A DNA stretch of 62,878 bases, the filler included, from Candidatus Rokuibacteriota bacterium (GTDB lineage: Bacteria; JAUVQV01; DATDCY01): the NCBI GenBank assembly GCA_031406795.1. It is 7 parts of 7 records of this genome, joined end to end, with 100 filler letters (N's around TTAATTAATTAA, not from the genome) between each part and the next. Parts side by side here need not be neighbours in the genome. Positions count along the whole stretch, not along the records: positions 1 to 24,373 come from JANOHV010000147.1; positions 24,474 to 36,927 come from JANOHV010000154.1; 5 more parts are not named here. One strand, 5' to 3'. A model generated the notes under the pieces. It saw only the letters and a list, made by a program, of their open reading frames with translations. It was not told where the DNA came from and did not search any database. Position 1 is the first letter of the stretch; every line of letters begins with the position of its first letter. This document shows, piece after piece, positions 18,177 through 27,319 of the stretch. Position numbers and translations under genes: made by a program.

Positions 18177-19097
18177 TCAGGCCCGCGGGTGATACTTCGC
18201 GTGCACCTTGCGCAGCCGCTCCTGCGAGAGATGCGTGTAGATCTGGGTCGTCGAAATGTCCGCGTGACCGAGCAGCAGCTGGACGGCCCGCAGGTCGGCG
18301 CCGTTGTCGAGCAGATGCGTGGCGAAGGAGTGCCGCAGGGTGTGCGGCGACACCGAGCGCGCCACCCCGGCGCCGGCCAGGTGAAGCTTCACGATCTGCC
18401 AGGCCCGCTGGCGCGTGAGGTGCCCGCCGCGCGCGCCGGGGAAGAGATGGTCGTTGCCCCCCGCCCGCCGCGAGCGCTCGCGCGCCCGGGCGAGATAGGC
18501 GACGAGCGCCGCGCGGGCCTCCTCGCCGAAGGGGACGAACCGCTCCTTGTCGCCCTTGCCGCGCACGCGGATCAGCCAGGACTCCAGATCCAGCTGATCG
18601 ACGCGCAGCCCGGCGAGTTCCGAGACCCGCAGCCCGCAGTCGTACAGCAGGGCGAGCAGCAGCGCGTCGCGCTGCCCCAGACGCGTGCCGCGGTCGGGGT
18701 GCGCGAGCAGTCGCTCGACCTCCTCGCCGCTCAGGTAGCGGGGAAGCTTCTTCCAGCCCCGCGGCGCCTCCAGAAACTCCGTCGGGTCCTGGCCGATGCG
18801 GCCCTCGAGCAGCAGGAACCGGTAGCCGGCCCGCACGGCGGCCAGCCCGCGGGCGCGGGAGGACGCCGCCAGCCCACGCTGCCCCAGCCAGGCCAGATAC
18901 TCCCGCAGCTGTGGGACATCGACCTTCAGCAGCCCCGCGGCGCCCCGCGCCGCGAGAAAACCCGCGAAACGCCCGATGTCGCGGCCGTACGCCTCGACGG
19001 TGTTGGCAGCCAGACGCCGTTCGACGCGGAGATAATCCAGAAAGTCGGCGACCAGCGGGTCCGGTTCGGACGCCGGGAGTTCAGCGGTGGTCATCAT
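18177..19097 (-). CDS. xerD: Tyrosine recombinase XerD
   Basis: GLRVSEL, GKGDKER, HTLRHSFATHLL, LGHADISTTQIY and HPRA end. Confidence 0.92.
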   Translation of the reverse strand: MMTTAELPASEPDPLVADFLDYLRVERRLAANTVEAYGRDIGRFAGFLAARGAAGLLKVDVPQLREYLAWLGQRGLAASSRARGLAAVRAGYRFLLLEGRIGQDPTEFLEAPRGWKKLPRYLSGEEVERLLAHPDRGTRLGQRDALLLALLYDCGLRVSELAGLRVDQLDLESWLIRVRGKGDKERFVPFGEEARAALVAYLARARERSRRAGGNDHLFPGARGGHLTRQRAWQIVKLHLAGAGVARSVSPHTLRHSFATHLLDNGADLRAVQLLLGHADISTTQIYTHLSQERLRKVHAKYHPRA

Positions 19098-19173
19098 TGT
19101 GCAGCATTCTGGCTGTTACGGAGAAAGATTTCAAATCCGCCCAATGCGGGTTCAAGGCAGGGGCCGGCATGCC

Positions 19174-19409
19174 GGGCGGGGATCAACCCCGCCCCTACGG
19201 CATGATCAACCAACATTCGCGACGGGATCACCTTCGCACGGCATAATCAATCAACATTCGCGACGGGATCACCTTCGCACGGCATGATCAATCAACATTC
19301 GCGACGGGATCACCTTCGCACGGCATGATCAATCAACGTTCGCGATGGAATCACCTTCGCCCTGACGCGTAAACGCAGAACGTTGTAGGGGAGGGGTTCA
19401 CCCCCTCCC
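19174..19409. repeat. Inverted GTAG-REP pair enclosing four tandem 41-bp repeats
   Basis: REPs at 19174-19198 and 19385-19409; unit CGGCATGATCAAYCAACATTCGCGACGGGATCACCTTCGCA starts at 19198, 19239, 19280 and 19321. Confidence 0.9.
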
Positions 19410-19411
19410 GG

Positions 19412-20170
19412 CTAATGAATTAAATCGCCGAGGCGGTCCCAGCGGATCTGCCAGATCTTGTTCCCGAACGACCAGTAGATGATCATCGCCTTGCCGACGA
19501 CGTCGTCGCGCCTCACCGGCCCCCAGAAACGCGAATCGAAGCTGTTGTCGCGGTTGTCGCCCATCATGAACAGGTAATCCTCGCCGACCTTCCAGGTCTC
19601 CAGCGGCTTCCCGTCGGCCCGCAGGCGCCCGTCGGCGACCTTCCCGTCGGCCCCGAGCTGCGTGTCGAAGACCTCGACATCGGCGGTACGCCCGTCCTCC
19701 TTGAGTTCGTTGGCGACCAGCAGCTGGTAGAGCTTGATGTTCGGCCCCTCCAGGCGCACGGTCTCGCCCTTGCGCGGGACGTGGAACGGTTTCATGAAGC
19801 GCTCGAGCCCCGTGAGGCGCGCCGCGCCGTAGCTGGCGTGCTCGTCCGCCGCCGGGGCGCGGTTGATGAGCAGCTTGCCGTCGGCCAGCTCGATGTCGTC
19901 GCCGGGCAACGCGACGACGCGCTTGATGAAGTCGGTCTTGCGGTCCTGCGGGAACTTGAACACGGCGACCTCGCCGCGCTCGGGCTGGCGGAAGCGGTAG
20001 ACCAGCTTGTTCACCAGCAGGTGGTCGCCGATGAGCAGCGTGGGGATCATCGATCCGGAGGGGATCTTGAAGGCCTGCACGACGAACGACCGGATGACCA
20101 GGGCCAGGCCGACGGCGATGACGATCGCCTCGACATACTCGCGGATCAGTGACTTGTTGCGGGCTGCCAT
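19412..20170 (-). CDS. lepB: Signal peptidase I
   Basis: IPSGSMIPTL, FIKRVV and MMGDNRDNSFDSRFWG motifs. Confidence 0.95.
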   Translation of the reverse strand: MAARNKSLIREYVEAIVIAVGLALVIRSFVVQAFKIPSGSMIPTLLIGDHLLVNKLVYRFRQPERGEVAVFKFPQDRKTDFIKRVVALPGDDIELADGKLLINRAPAADEHASYGAARLTGLERFMKPFHVPRKGETVRLEGPNIKLYQLLVANELKEDGRTADVEVFDTQLGADGKVADGRLRADGKPLETWKVGEDYLFMMGDNRDNSFDSRFWGPVRRDDVVGKAMIIYWSFGNKIWQIRWDRLGDLIH

Positions 20171-20172
20171 GA

Positions 20173-20451
20173 CTAGACGGCCCGAAGCTTGCGGATCTCC
20201 TCGTCGTACGCCTTGCTCCACATGACGTCCCACTCCCGGCTGCCTTCGACGATCTTGCGCGAGTAGGTGCCGAGCGAGGCCTGGATCTTCTCTTCGATCC
20301 CGTCGAACTCGCGCAGGCAGCCGACGAGCGTCTTTTTCATGCGCAGGCGGATTTCGTTCTCCTCCTCCATGAAATCGACCTCGTCCATCTCGTTGAGCGC
20401 CTTGAACAGCAGGTGCGAGAGGTGGTTGATGCGATCGTCCGAAAGCTTCAT
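20173..20451 (-). CDS. DUF507 family protein
   Basis: MKLSDDRINHLSH...EGSREWDV, typical of the paired DUF507 genes. Confidence 0.75.
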   Translation of the reverse strand: MKLSDDRINHLSHLLFKALNEMDEVDFMEEENEIRLRMKKTLVGCLREFDGIEEKIQASLGTYSRKIVEGSREWDVMWSKAYDEEIRKLRAV

Positions 20452-20461
20452 CGGCGCCCCC

Positions 20462-20743
20462 CTAGAGGACCAGGTTGCGCTCGCGCGCGAGTTTCGTTTT
20501 GACCATCTGGAACATCCGCCGGTAGTCGACCGAGTCGCGCTGGATCTCCTTGAGATGATTGCGCAGGATGTCGTCCACTTCCCGGTTGAGCTGGTCCTCG
20601 ACCGAGAGGTTCTCGGTCAGGGCGTGGCGCAACTTGCCCGCCACCAATTCGTCATCGCCGATGATGTCGATGACCTCGTCCTCCTTGAGCGCATGGAGGA
20701 TCTTCCAGGAGATGTAATCGATCTCTTCCTGCCTCAGCCGCAC
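20462..20743 (-). CDS. DUF507 family protein
   Basis: EDQLNREV...YRRMFQMVKTKLARER. Confidence 0.8.
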   Translation of the reverse strand: MRLRQEEIDYISWKILHALKEDEVIDIIGDDELVAGKLRHALTENLSVEDQLNREVDDILRNHLKEIQRDSVDYRRMFQMVKTKLARERNLVL

Positions 20744-20882
20744 GCCACGCTCCTTAGCCTAAGTCAATGAACCGTCACTATACCGCATCGGTTCGCTTTC
20801 TTCAAGGAGAACTCTCGCCGGGCCGCGGGGAGCGGCGGTGCGGGGGTGCGAAAGACGCCATTTTCGTGCTACACTCGCGCGC

Positions 20883-21839
20883 ATGTTCAAACACGTCATC
20901 GTCTCGGGCTCGCTCGCTTTCGACCGCATCATGGATTTCCCGGGGAAGTTTTCCGACCACATCCTCCCGGACAAGATCCACATCCTCAATGTCTGTTTCG
21001 CGATCAACGGCCTGCGCGAGAACTTCGGCGGCACCGCCGGCAACATCGCCTACGCCCTGTCGCTGCTCGGCGAGCGCCCCCGCGTGGTGGCCACCGCCGG
21101 GCGCGATTTCGACCCCTACCGCACCTGGATGATTGCGCACCACCTGCCGCTCGAGCACGTCACCGAACTGGCCGACGAGCTGACTGCCGGCGCCTACATC
21201 ACCACCGACCAGTCCGACAACCAGATCACCGCGTTCAACCCGGGCGCCATGAAGCACCGCGCGCAGTTCGACCCCGAGACCGTCGCCTCCCGCGAGACCC
21301 TCGCGATCGTGGCGCCCGGCAACCTCGAGGACATGGAGCACCTGGCCCGCACCTGGCGCGAGCGCGGAGTGCCGTATATCTTCGACCCCGGGCAGTCGCT
21401 GCCGGCCTGGAGCGGCGAGCAACTGCTGGAAATGCTGCGCGGCGCGCTGATCCTCATCAGCAACGACTACGAGCTGGAGCTGACGCAGCAGAAGACCGGG
21501 CACACCGCCGAGGAGTTGCTGAATCTGGCCGGCGCGGTGATCACGACGCGCGGCGAGTCCGGTTCGATTCTTCTGCATCGCGAGGAGGGGCTGCAGCGCT
21601 CGGAGATCGCGGCGGTCAAACCCGAGAAGGTTGCCGACCCGACCGGCGCCGGGGATGCCTATCGCGCGGGCCTGATCAAGGGGCTGACGCAGTCGCGCGG
21701 CGCGCTGCTGCACGCCTGCCGGATGGGTTCGACCGCGGCGGCGTACGCGGTGGAGGTCTACGGGACCCAGACCTACCACTTCACGCCCGAGAGCTTCAAC
21801 AAACGCTTCGCCGACGCCTTCGGCTATCCCGCCTTTTGA
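20883..21839 (+). CDS. PfkB-family nucleoside/carbohydrate kinase (adenosine kinase-like)
   Basis: GSLAFD, GGTAGNIAY, FDPGQ, NDYE and DPTGAGDAY motifs. Confidence 0.9.
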   Translation: MFKHVIVSGSLAFDRIMDFPGKFSDHILPDKIHILNVCFAINGLRENFGGTAGNIAYALSLLGERPRVVATAGRDFDPYRTWMIAHHLPLEHVTELADELTAGAYITTDQSDNQITAFNPGAMKHRAQFDPETVASRETLAIVAPGNLEDMEHLARTWRERGVPYIFDPGQSLPAWSGEQLLEMLRGALILISNDYELELTQQKTGHTAEELLNLAGAVITTRGESGSILLHREEGLQRSEIAAVKPEKVADPTGAGDAYRAGLIKGLTQSRGALLHACRMGSTAAAYAVEVYGTQTYHFTPESFNKRFADAFGYPAF

Positions 21840-21871
21840 TCCCGTTCGTCCAGGTCATTCAGGAGGGCTTC

Positions 21872-22046
21872 GTAATCCTTCAGTGAAGTGCGGAAACTCT
21901 TTCCGTTCGTGGTGAGCCGTGAGCTTGACGAACGGTCGAACCATGAACGGAAATTTGCCCTATCCACAAGCGCCCTTCGACCGTTCGACAAGCTCACGGC
22001 TCAGGGCGAACGGTACTGATCTTGCCACCCCTCACTGAAGGAATAC
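21872..22046. mobile_element. 175-bp MITE with 15-bp terminal inverted repeats and 8-bp target duplication
   Basis: GTAATCCTTCAGTGA ... TCACTGAAGGAATAC (14/15), flanked by AGGGCTTC at 21864-21871 and 22047-22054; internal ~38-bp inverted repeat. Confidence 0.8.
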
Positions 22047-22117
22047 AGGGCTTCTTATCGGCGTCCTGGTCTTTCCGGAGGGTCTCTGTCCCGGTTGGAT
22101 TATAAGACTCCCTACTT

Positions 22118-22188
22118 GGGCGGGGATGAACCCCGCCCCTACATCGGAGGCGTCCCGAACCTCGTACGGAAGGGGTTAATCCCCTCCC
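22118..22188. repeat. Inverted GTAG-REP pair (REPIN-like)
   Basis: GGGCGGGGATGAACCCCGCCCCTAC and degenerate GTACGGAAGGGGTTAATCCCCTCCC. Confidence 0.75.
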
Positions 22189-22255
22189 CCCTTCGACCGT
22201 GCCTCCCGGATAGATTTCAATCGGTACCCGCCCGTTGTTGACTTACAATGGAAAG

Positions 22256-23380
22256 ATGGCGAGCGAGAAGAAGCCCGGGGTCCTGCACATCGACACCGAG
22301 CGCACCTGGCGCGGCGGGCAACAGCAGGCAGCCTGGCTGCTCGAGGGGATGCTCGCCCGGGGCTGGCCGGCCGCCCTGGCCTGCCCTCCCGGATCGATGC
22401 TCGCGGAGCGCGGCCGCGCGCGCTCCTGGCCCGTGCACGCCGTGCCGATGCGCGGCGAACTCGACGCCGCCGCGGGCCGCCAGCTCGCGCGCATCGCCCG
22501 CGCCGCCGACCTGCCGATCCTTCACGCCCACTCCAGCCACGCGCTGGCCCTCGGCCTCTGGGCCCGGCTCTTCGACCGGCGCCTCCGCCTCGTCGCGTCC
22601 CGCCGGGTCGACTTCCCGATCCGCGCGCATTTCCTGAGCCGCCTCAAGTACTCCACCGCGCTTCTCGACCGGATCATCTGCGTCTCGGCCGCGGTGCGCG
22701 CGCAGCTTCTCGCCGACGGCGTCCCTGCGGCCAGGCTCGTCGTCATCCCGAGCGGCGTCGACACGCGGCGGTTCGCGGGCGTACGTCCCCCGCCGCACCT
22801 GCGCCGCTCGCTCGGCATCCCGAGCGGGCACCTGGTGATCGGCACCGTCGCGGCGCTCGCCGACCACAAGGACTACCCGACCCTGCTGCGCGCCGCCCGC
22901 CTCGTGCTCGACAAGGAACCCGACGTCTCGTTCGTCGCGGTCGGCGACGGCCCGCTGCACCAGGAGATCACGGCCCTCGCCCACGAACTCGGCCTCGGCA
23001 AGCGCTTTCTCTTCCTGGGCTTTCGCGAGGACGTCGGCGCGCTGCTCAAGGTCTTCGATGTCTTCGTGCTGGCCTCCAAGACCGAGGGACTGGGGACCTC
23101 GCTCCTCGACGCGCAGGCGCTCGGGCTGCCGATCGTCGCGTGCCGCGCCGGCGGCATCCCCGAAATCGTCACCGATCGCGTGACCGGCCTGCTCGTCCCG
23201 CCCGGCGAACCGCCCGCGCTGGCGGCCGCGCTGCTGGAGCTGGCCCACGACGCGGACCTGAGCGACAAACTCGGCGCCGCGGCGAAAAAAGCCGTCCAGC
23301 AGCACGACGTCAGCCGCACGGTAGAGGCGCACCTGGAACTCTACCGCTCGCTCATCGGCGATCAAGCCGGGCGGGAATGA
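22256..23380 (+). CDS. Glycosyltransferase family 4
   Basis: WRGGQQQ, HAH, K-D and EGLGTSLLDA motifs. Confidence 0.9.
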   Translation: MASEKKPGVLHIDTERTWRGGQQQAAWLLEGMLARGWPAALACPPGSMLAERGRARSWPVHAVPMRGELDAAAGRQLARIARAADLPILHAHSSHALALGLWARLFDRRLRLVASRRVDFPIRAHFLSRLKYSTALLDRIICVSAAVRAQLLADGVPAARLVVIPSGVDTRRFAGVRPPPHLRRSLGIPSGHLVIGTVAALADHKDYPTLLRAARLVLDKEPDVSFVAVGDGPLHQEITALAHELGLGKRFLFLGFREDVGALLKVFDVFVLASKTEGLGTSLLDAQALGLPIVACRAGGIPEIVTDRVTGLLVPPGEPPALAAALLELAHDADLSDKLGAAAKKAVQQHDVSRTVEAHLELYRSLIGDQAGRE

Positions 23381-23489
23381 ATCCCGCCCCTACACCGATC
23401 CTGGATCGCCCAACGGACCGGGCGGGAATGAATCCCGCCCCTACACCGATCGTAATCCCCGTCCGTAGGGGAGGGGTTCATCCCCTCCC
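23369..23489. repeat. GTAG-REP cluster (two direct copies and one inverted)
   Basis: GGGCGGGAATGAATCCCGCCCCTACACCGATC at 23369 and 23420; GTAGGGGAGGGGTTCATCCCCTCCC at 23465. Confidence 0.85.
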
Positions 23490-23518
23490 TCGACGACCCG
23501 GTCCCAATCCGCACACGG

Positions 23519-24050
23519 TCAGACCTTGTAGTAGCCCTTGTACCAGTCGACGAACTTCGCGATGCCCTCTTCGACGGTCGTTGCCGGCTTGAAGCCCACG
23601 TCGCGCACCAGATCCTCCACGTCCGCGAACGTCTCGGCCACGTCCCCCGCCTGCATCGGCAGCATCAGCTTCTCGGCCTTCTTGCCGAGACACTTTTCGA
23701 GCACCTCGATGTAGCGCATCAGCTCCACCGGCTCGTTGTTGCCGATGTTGTAGATCCGCCACGGCGCGTAGCTCGTCGCGCTGTCCGGCTTCATGCCGCT
23801 CCAGGCCGGATCCGGCGCGGCGACCCGGTCGATGACCCGCACCACCCCCTCGACGATGTCGTCGATGTAGGTGAAGTCGCGCCGCATCTTCCCGTTGTTG
23901 AAGACCTCGATCGGCCGCCCCTCGAGAATCGCTTTCGTGAAGAGAAACAGCGCCATGTCCGGGCGCCCCCACGGGCCGTACACCGTGAAAAAGCGCAGCC
24001 CCGTACAGGCCGTCCCGAACAGCGAGGCGTACGCGTGCGCCATCAGCTCG
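23519..24050 (-). pseudogene. UDP-glucuronate 4-epimerase-like SDR, C-terminal half only
   Basis: [31 protein letters not shown] and MQAGDV motifs; homology stops abruptly at about 24050. Confidence 0.85.
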
Positions 24051-24139
24051 CTGCCCTACGATTACGTCGCCGCCGGCCTCGCCGAGGACTGGTGGACACT
24101 GATCAAGGCCGAGTGGGTGGACTCGGGGGAGTTCGGGCT

Positions 24140-24373
24140 GTGAAGAAGATTCTCGTGACCGGGGCCGCCGGCTTCATCGGCTCCAGCCTCTCGCTGCGGC
24201 TGCCCGAGCGGGGCGACGCCGTCGACGGGCTCGACAACATGAACGACTACTACGACGTCGCCCTGAAGCAGGCGCGGCTGGATCGCCTGAAGGGGCACGC
24301 CGGGTTCACGCTGGCGCGCCTGGCTCTGGAGGACCGCGAGGCGATGGCGCGGCTCTTCGCGGAGCAGGGCTTC
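24140..24373 (+). pseudogene. UDP-glucuronate 4-epimerase-like SDR, N-terminal fragment running into the gap
   Basis: KILVTGAAGFIG...DNMNDYYDVALKQARL; opposite strand to the C-terminal half. Confidence 0.8.
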
Positions 24374-24473
24374 NNNNNNNNNNNNNNNNNNNNNNNNNNN
24401 NNNNNNNNNNNNNNNNNTTAATTAATTAANNNNNNNNNNNNNNNNNNNNNNNNNNNNNNNNNNNNNNNNNNNN
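24374..24473. other. Artificial contig linker
   Basis: N run containing the six-frame stop TTAATTAATTAA. Confidence 0.98.
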
Positions 24474-26172
24474 AACCGATGATCTCGCCTTGCGCATCGG
24501 TTACCTCCTGATCGGCACGGACAATACCGTGCGCAAGCAGGTCGAAGAGGAACAGAAGAAGCTGGACCAGCGCTTACGCGACCAGCAGTTCTACACGCGT
24601 TCGCTCATCGAATCCAACATTGACGCAATCATGACGACCGATCCGTCCGGCATCATCACCGATGTCAACAAGCAGATGGAGGTGCTCACCGGGTGCACGC
24701 GCGATGAGCTGATCGGAGCGCCATTCGAAAACTACTTCACCGATCCGGACCTGGCTGAAAAGAGCATCCGGCTGGTGTTGCGGGAGAAGAAGGTCACCGA
24801 CTACGAACTCACCGCGCGCGCCCGGGACGGCAAGGAGACGGTGGTCTCCTTCAACGCGACGACCTTCTACGACCGCGACCGGAAGCTGCAGGGCGTGTTC
24901 GCCGCCGCGCGCGACGTGACGGAGCGCAAACGTCTGGATCAAGTGCTGCAGGAGAAGAACATCGAGTTGGAGAGCGCCCGGTCGGTGGCGGAAAAGGCCA
25001 ACCGCTCGAAGTCCGAATTCCTTTCCAGCATGAGCCACGAGTTGCGCTCCCCGCTCAATGCGATCCTCGGCTTCGCCCAATTGATGGAGTCCGGCTCGCC
25101 GCCGCCAACGGCCGCGCAGAAGCCCAGTATCGATCAGATTCTCAAGGCGGGATGGTACCTGCTGGAGTTGATCAACGAAATCCTCGATCTCGCGCTGATC
25201 GAGTCAGGCCGGCTGTCGCTGTCGCTGGAACCTTTGTCCCTGTCCGACGTCATGCGCGAATGCCAGGCCATGATCGAACCACAGGCGCAGAAAAGCGGCA
25301 TCCGCATGAGTTTTCCCCGCTTCGAAAACCCGTTCTTCGTTCAAGCCGATCGAACCCGGATCAAGCAGGTTCTGCTCAACCTGCTGTCCAACGCGATCAA
25401 GTACAACCGCGCGCAGGGAGCGATCGAAGTGACGTGCCGCGCGAGCACCGAGAAACGCATCCGGATCAGCGTGCAGGATACCGGCGAAGGATTGTCCGCT
25501 GAAAAACTCGCGCAGCTTTTTCAGCCATTCAACCGCCTCGGACAAGACGCCGGCGCGGAGCAGGGCACCGGCATCGGCCTGGTGGTAAGCAAGCGGCTGA
25601 TCGAATTGATGGGAGGGGAAATCGGCGTGGAGAGCACGGTTGGGGCGGGCAGTCTGTTCTGGGTGGAACTGAACCTGGCCGATGCACGCCAACCGGCCGG
25701 CGGCGCAGCCGCAGCGCCGCCGCCGCTTCGAGCGCATCTTCGGCAGGAGGGAAGGCAGCGCGCGGTGCTCTACGTGGAAGACAACCCGGCAAACCTTCAG
25801 CTGGTGGAACAACTCATCGCCCGGCGCCCCGATCTGAGTTTGCTGACCGCGGTGGACGGCCCGAGCGGCATCGAGCTTGCGCGCACGCGTCAGCCGGAAG
25901 TGATCCTGATGGACATCAATCTGCCCGGCCTGAGCGGCATCCAGGCACTGAAAATCCTGCGTGATGATCCGGCGACTGCGCACATCCCGGCGATTGCCAT
26001 CAGTGCCAACGCCATGCCGCACGACATGAAAAAAGGCCTGCAGGCGGGATTTCTCCGCTATCTCACCAAGCCGATCAAAGTCGACGAGTTCATGGCAGCG
26101 CTGGACACAGCGCTGGACACGGCGCCGGACACGGCGCTGTCAGACGGCCCGATGAGCCCGGGAGCCCGGTGA
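24474..26172 (+). CDS. Hybrid sensor histidine kinase (PAS-HisKA-HATPase-REC), 5' partial
   Basis: SMSHELRSPLNAILG, NLLSNAIKYN, DTGEG, GTGIGL, VEDN and MDINLP motifs. Confidence 0.92.
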
Positions 26173-27194
26173 TGGTCAGCACCGCCGATATTCTCAATGC
26201 CCGCATACTCATCGTCGACGACCTGGAAGCCAACGTTCAACTGCTCGAGCAGATGTTGAGGGAGGCCGGCTATACGCGCATCACGACGACGCGGGATCCG
26301 TTCACCGTCAGCGACCTGCATCGCGCTCAGCACTACGACCTGATTCTGCTCGACCTGCGGATGCCCGGCATGGACGGCTTCCAGGTGATGGCCGGCCTGA
26401 AGGAGGTCGAAACTGAGGGCTACCTGCCGGTGCTGGCCGTCACCGCCGAGCCGGCGCACAAGTTGCGCGCCCTGCAGAGCGGCGCGAAAGATTTCGTCAG
26501 CAAGCCCTTCGATCTGGCCGAGGTGCTGATGCGGGTTCGCAATCTGCTGGAAGTCCGCCTGTTGCACGAGGCCGCCCGCAAGTACGGCAAGATGCTGGAA
26601 TCCCTGGCGCTGAACGACCCGCTGACGGGGCTGGCGAACAGACGACTTCTGGACGACAGAATGTCGATGGCCCTGGTCCACGCGCGCCGGAACAAGAGCG
26701 CCATGGCGGTGGTGTATCTGGATCTGGACGGCTTCAAGCAGATCAACGATACACTTGGGCACGGCGTCGGCGACCTTCTGCTGAAGATGGTCGCCGGCCG
26801 TCTGGTGGCGACGGTGCGCGAGGAGGATACGGTGGCGCGCCTGGGCGGTGACGAATTCGTGCTGGCGCTGTGGCACGTCAGCGGCACCGACTATGCGGCC
26901 GCGGTGGCGTCGAGAGCGATCGCGGCAGTGTCGCAACCCTATGAAATCGAGGGCAGGATTGTCGGCATCACCATCAGCGCCGGTGTCAGTATCTATCCCG
27001 TCCACGGCGAGGACGCGGACGCGTTGCTCAAGAGCGCGGACCTGGCCTTGTACGAGGCCAAGCACGCGGGCAGGAACGCCTATCGAGTCTCGAAGCGCAC
27101 CGACCTGCCGGCGCCGGCGCGCAGTCAGCCTGACTCGCCCGCATCCGGCACCCCATTGCCGGATGCCTCAGAGCGCATGAAGGATGATTATTGA
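26169..27194 (+). CDS. Response regulator diguanylate cyclase (REC-GGDEF)
   Basis: IVDD, LDLRMP, DPLTGLANRR, intact RLGGDEF and an RxxD I-site (REED). Confidence 0.93.
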   Translation: MMVSTADILNARILIVDDLEANVQLLEQMLREAGYTRITTTRDPFTVSDLHRAQHYDLILLDLRMPGMDGFQVMAGLKEVETEGYLPVLAVTAEPAHKLRALQSGAKDFVSKPFDLAEVLMRVRNLLEVRLLHEAARKYGKMLESLALNDPLTGLANRRLLDDRMSMALVHARRNKSAMAVVYLDLDGFKQINDTLGHGVGDLLLKMVAGRLVATVREEDTVARLGGDEFVLALWHVSGTDYAAAVASRAIAAVSQPYEIEGRIVGITISAGVSIYPVHGEDADALLKSADLALYEAKHAGRNAYRVSKRTDLPAPARSQPDSPASGTPLPDASERMKDDY

Positions 27195-27319
27195 CGGTTC
27201 ATTCAGCCGCTTGATTCCAAGGCGCTCGGACGGCGGCCGCTGCGCGCAGAAACGCCGCAACCCCGGAAGAGGCCAAGGGCGCGGCTCGCCGAGGGCCCCC
27301 ACCTGCTAGAATGCCCGCG

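Noticed and set aside
18177-19097. Tyrosine recombinase as a prophage or island integrase
   Set aside because: Sequence and context fit housekeeping XerD, and no phage genes are nearby.
19198-19360. 41-bp array as a CRISPR array
   Set aside because: The units are directly adjacent with no unique spacers, and there are no cas genes in the window.
26098-26140. 12-bp LDTA repeats at the end of the kinase
   Set aside because: Short slippage in a disordered C-terminal tail, with no evident function.
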